NCBI RefSeq assembly: GCF_000008665.1
Contig: NC_000917.1
Coordinates: 1,320,001 to 1,352,000, forward strand
Source of the DNA: Archaeoglobus fulgidus DSM 4304
GTDB lineage: Archaea > Halobacteriota > Archaeoglobi > Archaeoglobales > Archaeoglobaceae
DNA length: 32,000 nt
Direction: 5' to 3'
Shown: in pieces, positions 31,648-32,000 of the stretch
Layout of the letters: the number at the start of each line of letters is the position of its first letter
Numbering within the stretch: the stretch's first letter is position 1
Translations under genes and position numbers: made by a program
The notes under the pieces: model-generated
Database searches by the model: none
What the model was told of the DNA's origin: nothing
Seen by the model: the letters and a program-made list of their open reading frames with translations, nothing else

Positions 31648-32000
31648 AGGAAATCTATCTTCCCCTGCACCACGGAAAGGCACCTCACTGGCTGCTCAGC
31701 AGAATGAAAAAGCTGGCAAAGCCCATAGTCAAGCTAATAGTCCTCGAATACGGAGAAAGGGAGTTTCTCGAAAGGCTTTCCAATCCTATATTCTTCCAGT
31801 CTCTTTCAAACGTCCTCGGATTTGATTGGAATTCAAGTGGTGTTACGACGGTCCTTACAGGAGTTCTGAAAGCGGTAATCAACAACGAGGAATTCGACAT
31901 AAGGATTGCAGGGGGCAAGGGAGGCAATGCTCTCAAAACACCAGAGGAGATTATGAATTACTCTGAGCAGATCGGGGCTGATGGGGAAAAGCTGGTTGAG
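31644..32000 (+). CDS. DUF763-family protein. Only the 5' part is present and the gene continues beyond the window.
   Basis: ATG 31644 overlaps the archease stop (ATGA). The hand translation MKEIYLPLHHGKAPHWLLSRMKKLAKPIVKLIVLEYGEREFLERLSNPIFFQSLSNVLGFDWNSSGVTTVLTGVLK matches the conserved DUF763 N-terminus. The frame is open to nt 32000 and is not in the ORF track. Confidence 0.7.
   Translation, partial: MKEIYLPLHHGKAPHWLLSRMKKLAKPIVKLIVLEYGEREFLERLSNPIFFQSLSNVLGFDWNSSGVTTVLTGVLKAVINNEEFDIRIAGGKGGNALKTPEEIMNYSEQIGADGEKLVE

Noticed and set aside
1-32000. CRISPR arrays, IS elements or transposases, integrases, and rRNA genes.
   Set aside because: I saw no regularly spaced direct repeats, no terminal inverted repeats bracketing an ORF, no DDE, serine or tyrosine recombinase motifs in any listed ORF, and no rRNA-like sequence. 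The only dispersed repeat is the promoter box reported above.

Overview
The window looks like euryarchaeal chromosome. Gene content and order resemble Archaeoglobus fulgidus as I remember it, but I cannot verify that here. I support about 40 coding regions, 2 tRNA-Thr genes, 3 or more decayed genes and several promoter or terminator signals.

The right half (21.6-32 kb) is ordinary housekeeping: a Tgt-family transglycosylase, archaeal-type PEP carboxylase, NMN adenylyltransferase, IorA, the L1-P0-P1 ribosomal stalk operon, a histone, cupin-type glucose-6-phosphate isomerase, archease and DUF763.

The left half (0.4-16.2 kb) is accessory, envelope and signalling DNA, and holds the most interesting signals:
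- A 20-bp direct-repeat box, (A)ATGGAC-N5-ATGCACAT, occurs four times at a fixed distance upstream of TATA boxes. Two copies sit in 45-nt blocks that differ only in four spacer bases. The box heads four + strand transcription units, which encode a ferredoxin / di-heme-b membrane protein / Tat-exported flavoprotein module, two paralogous secreted helical proteins, a sensor-less histidine kinase, and a surface-protein plus MacB-type ABC exporter. A divergently transcribed 7-TM protein plus winged-helix regulator sits at the first copy.
- A T15 homopolymer splits the membrane cytochrome gene.
- A minus-strand cluster links TspO, an overlapping adenylate-forming enzyme, an Rcp1-like receiver protein and a REC-PAS-GAF protein that ends in an H-box (DHp) without an ATPase domain.

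Other points: a small VapBC island with one truncated toxin; a 53-aa KaiC/RecA-like Walker-A remnant in front of a 909-aa PAS/GAF kinase; a bacterial/eukaryote-type Tgt with an insertion; and a protein carrying both a lipobox and a PGF-CTERM signal.

I saw no CRISPR array, transposase or integrase.
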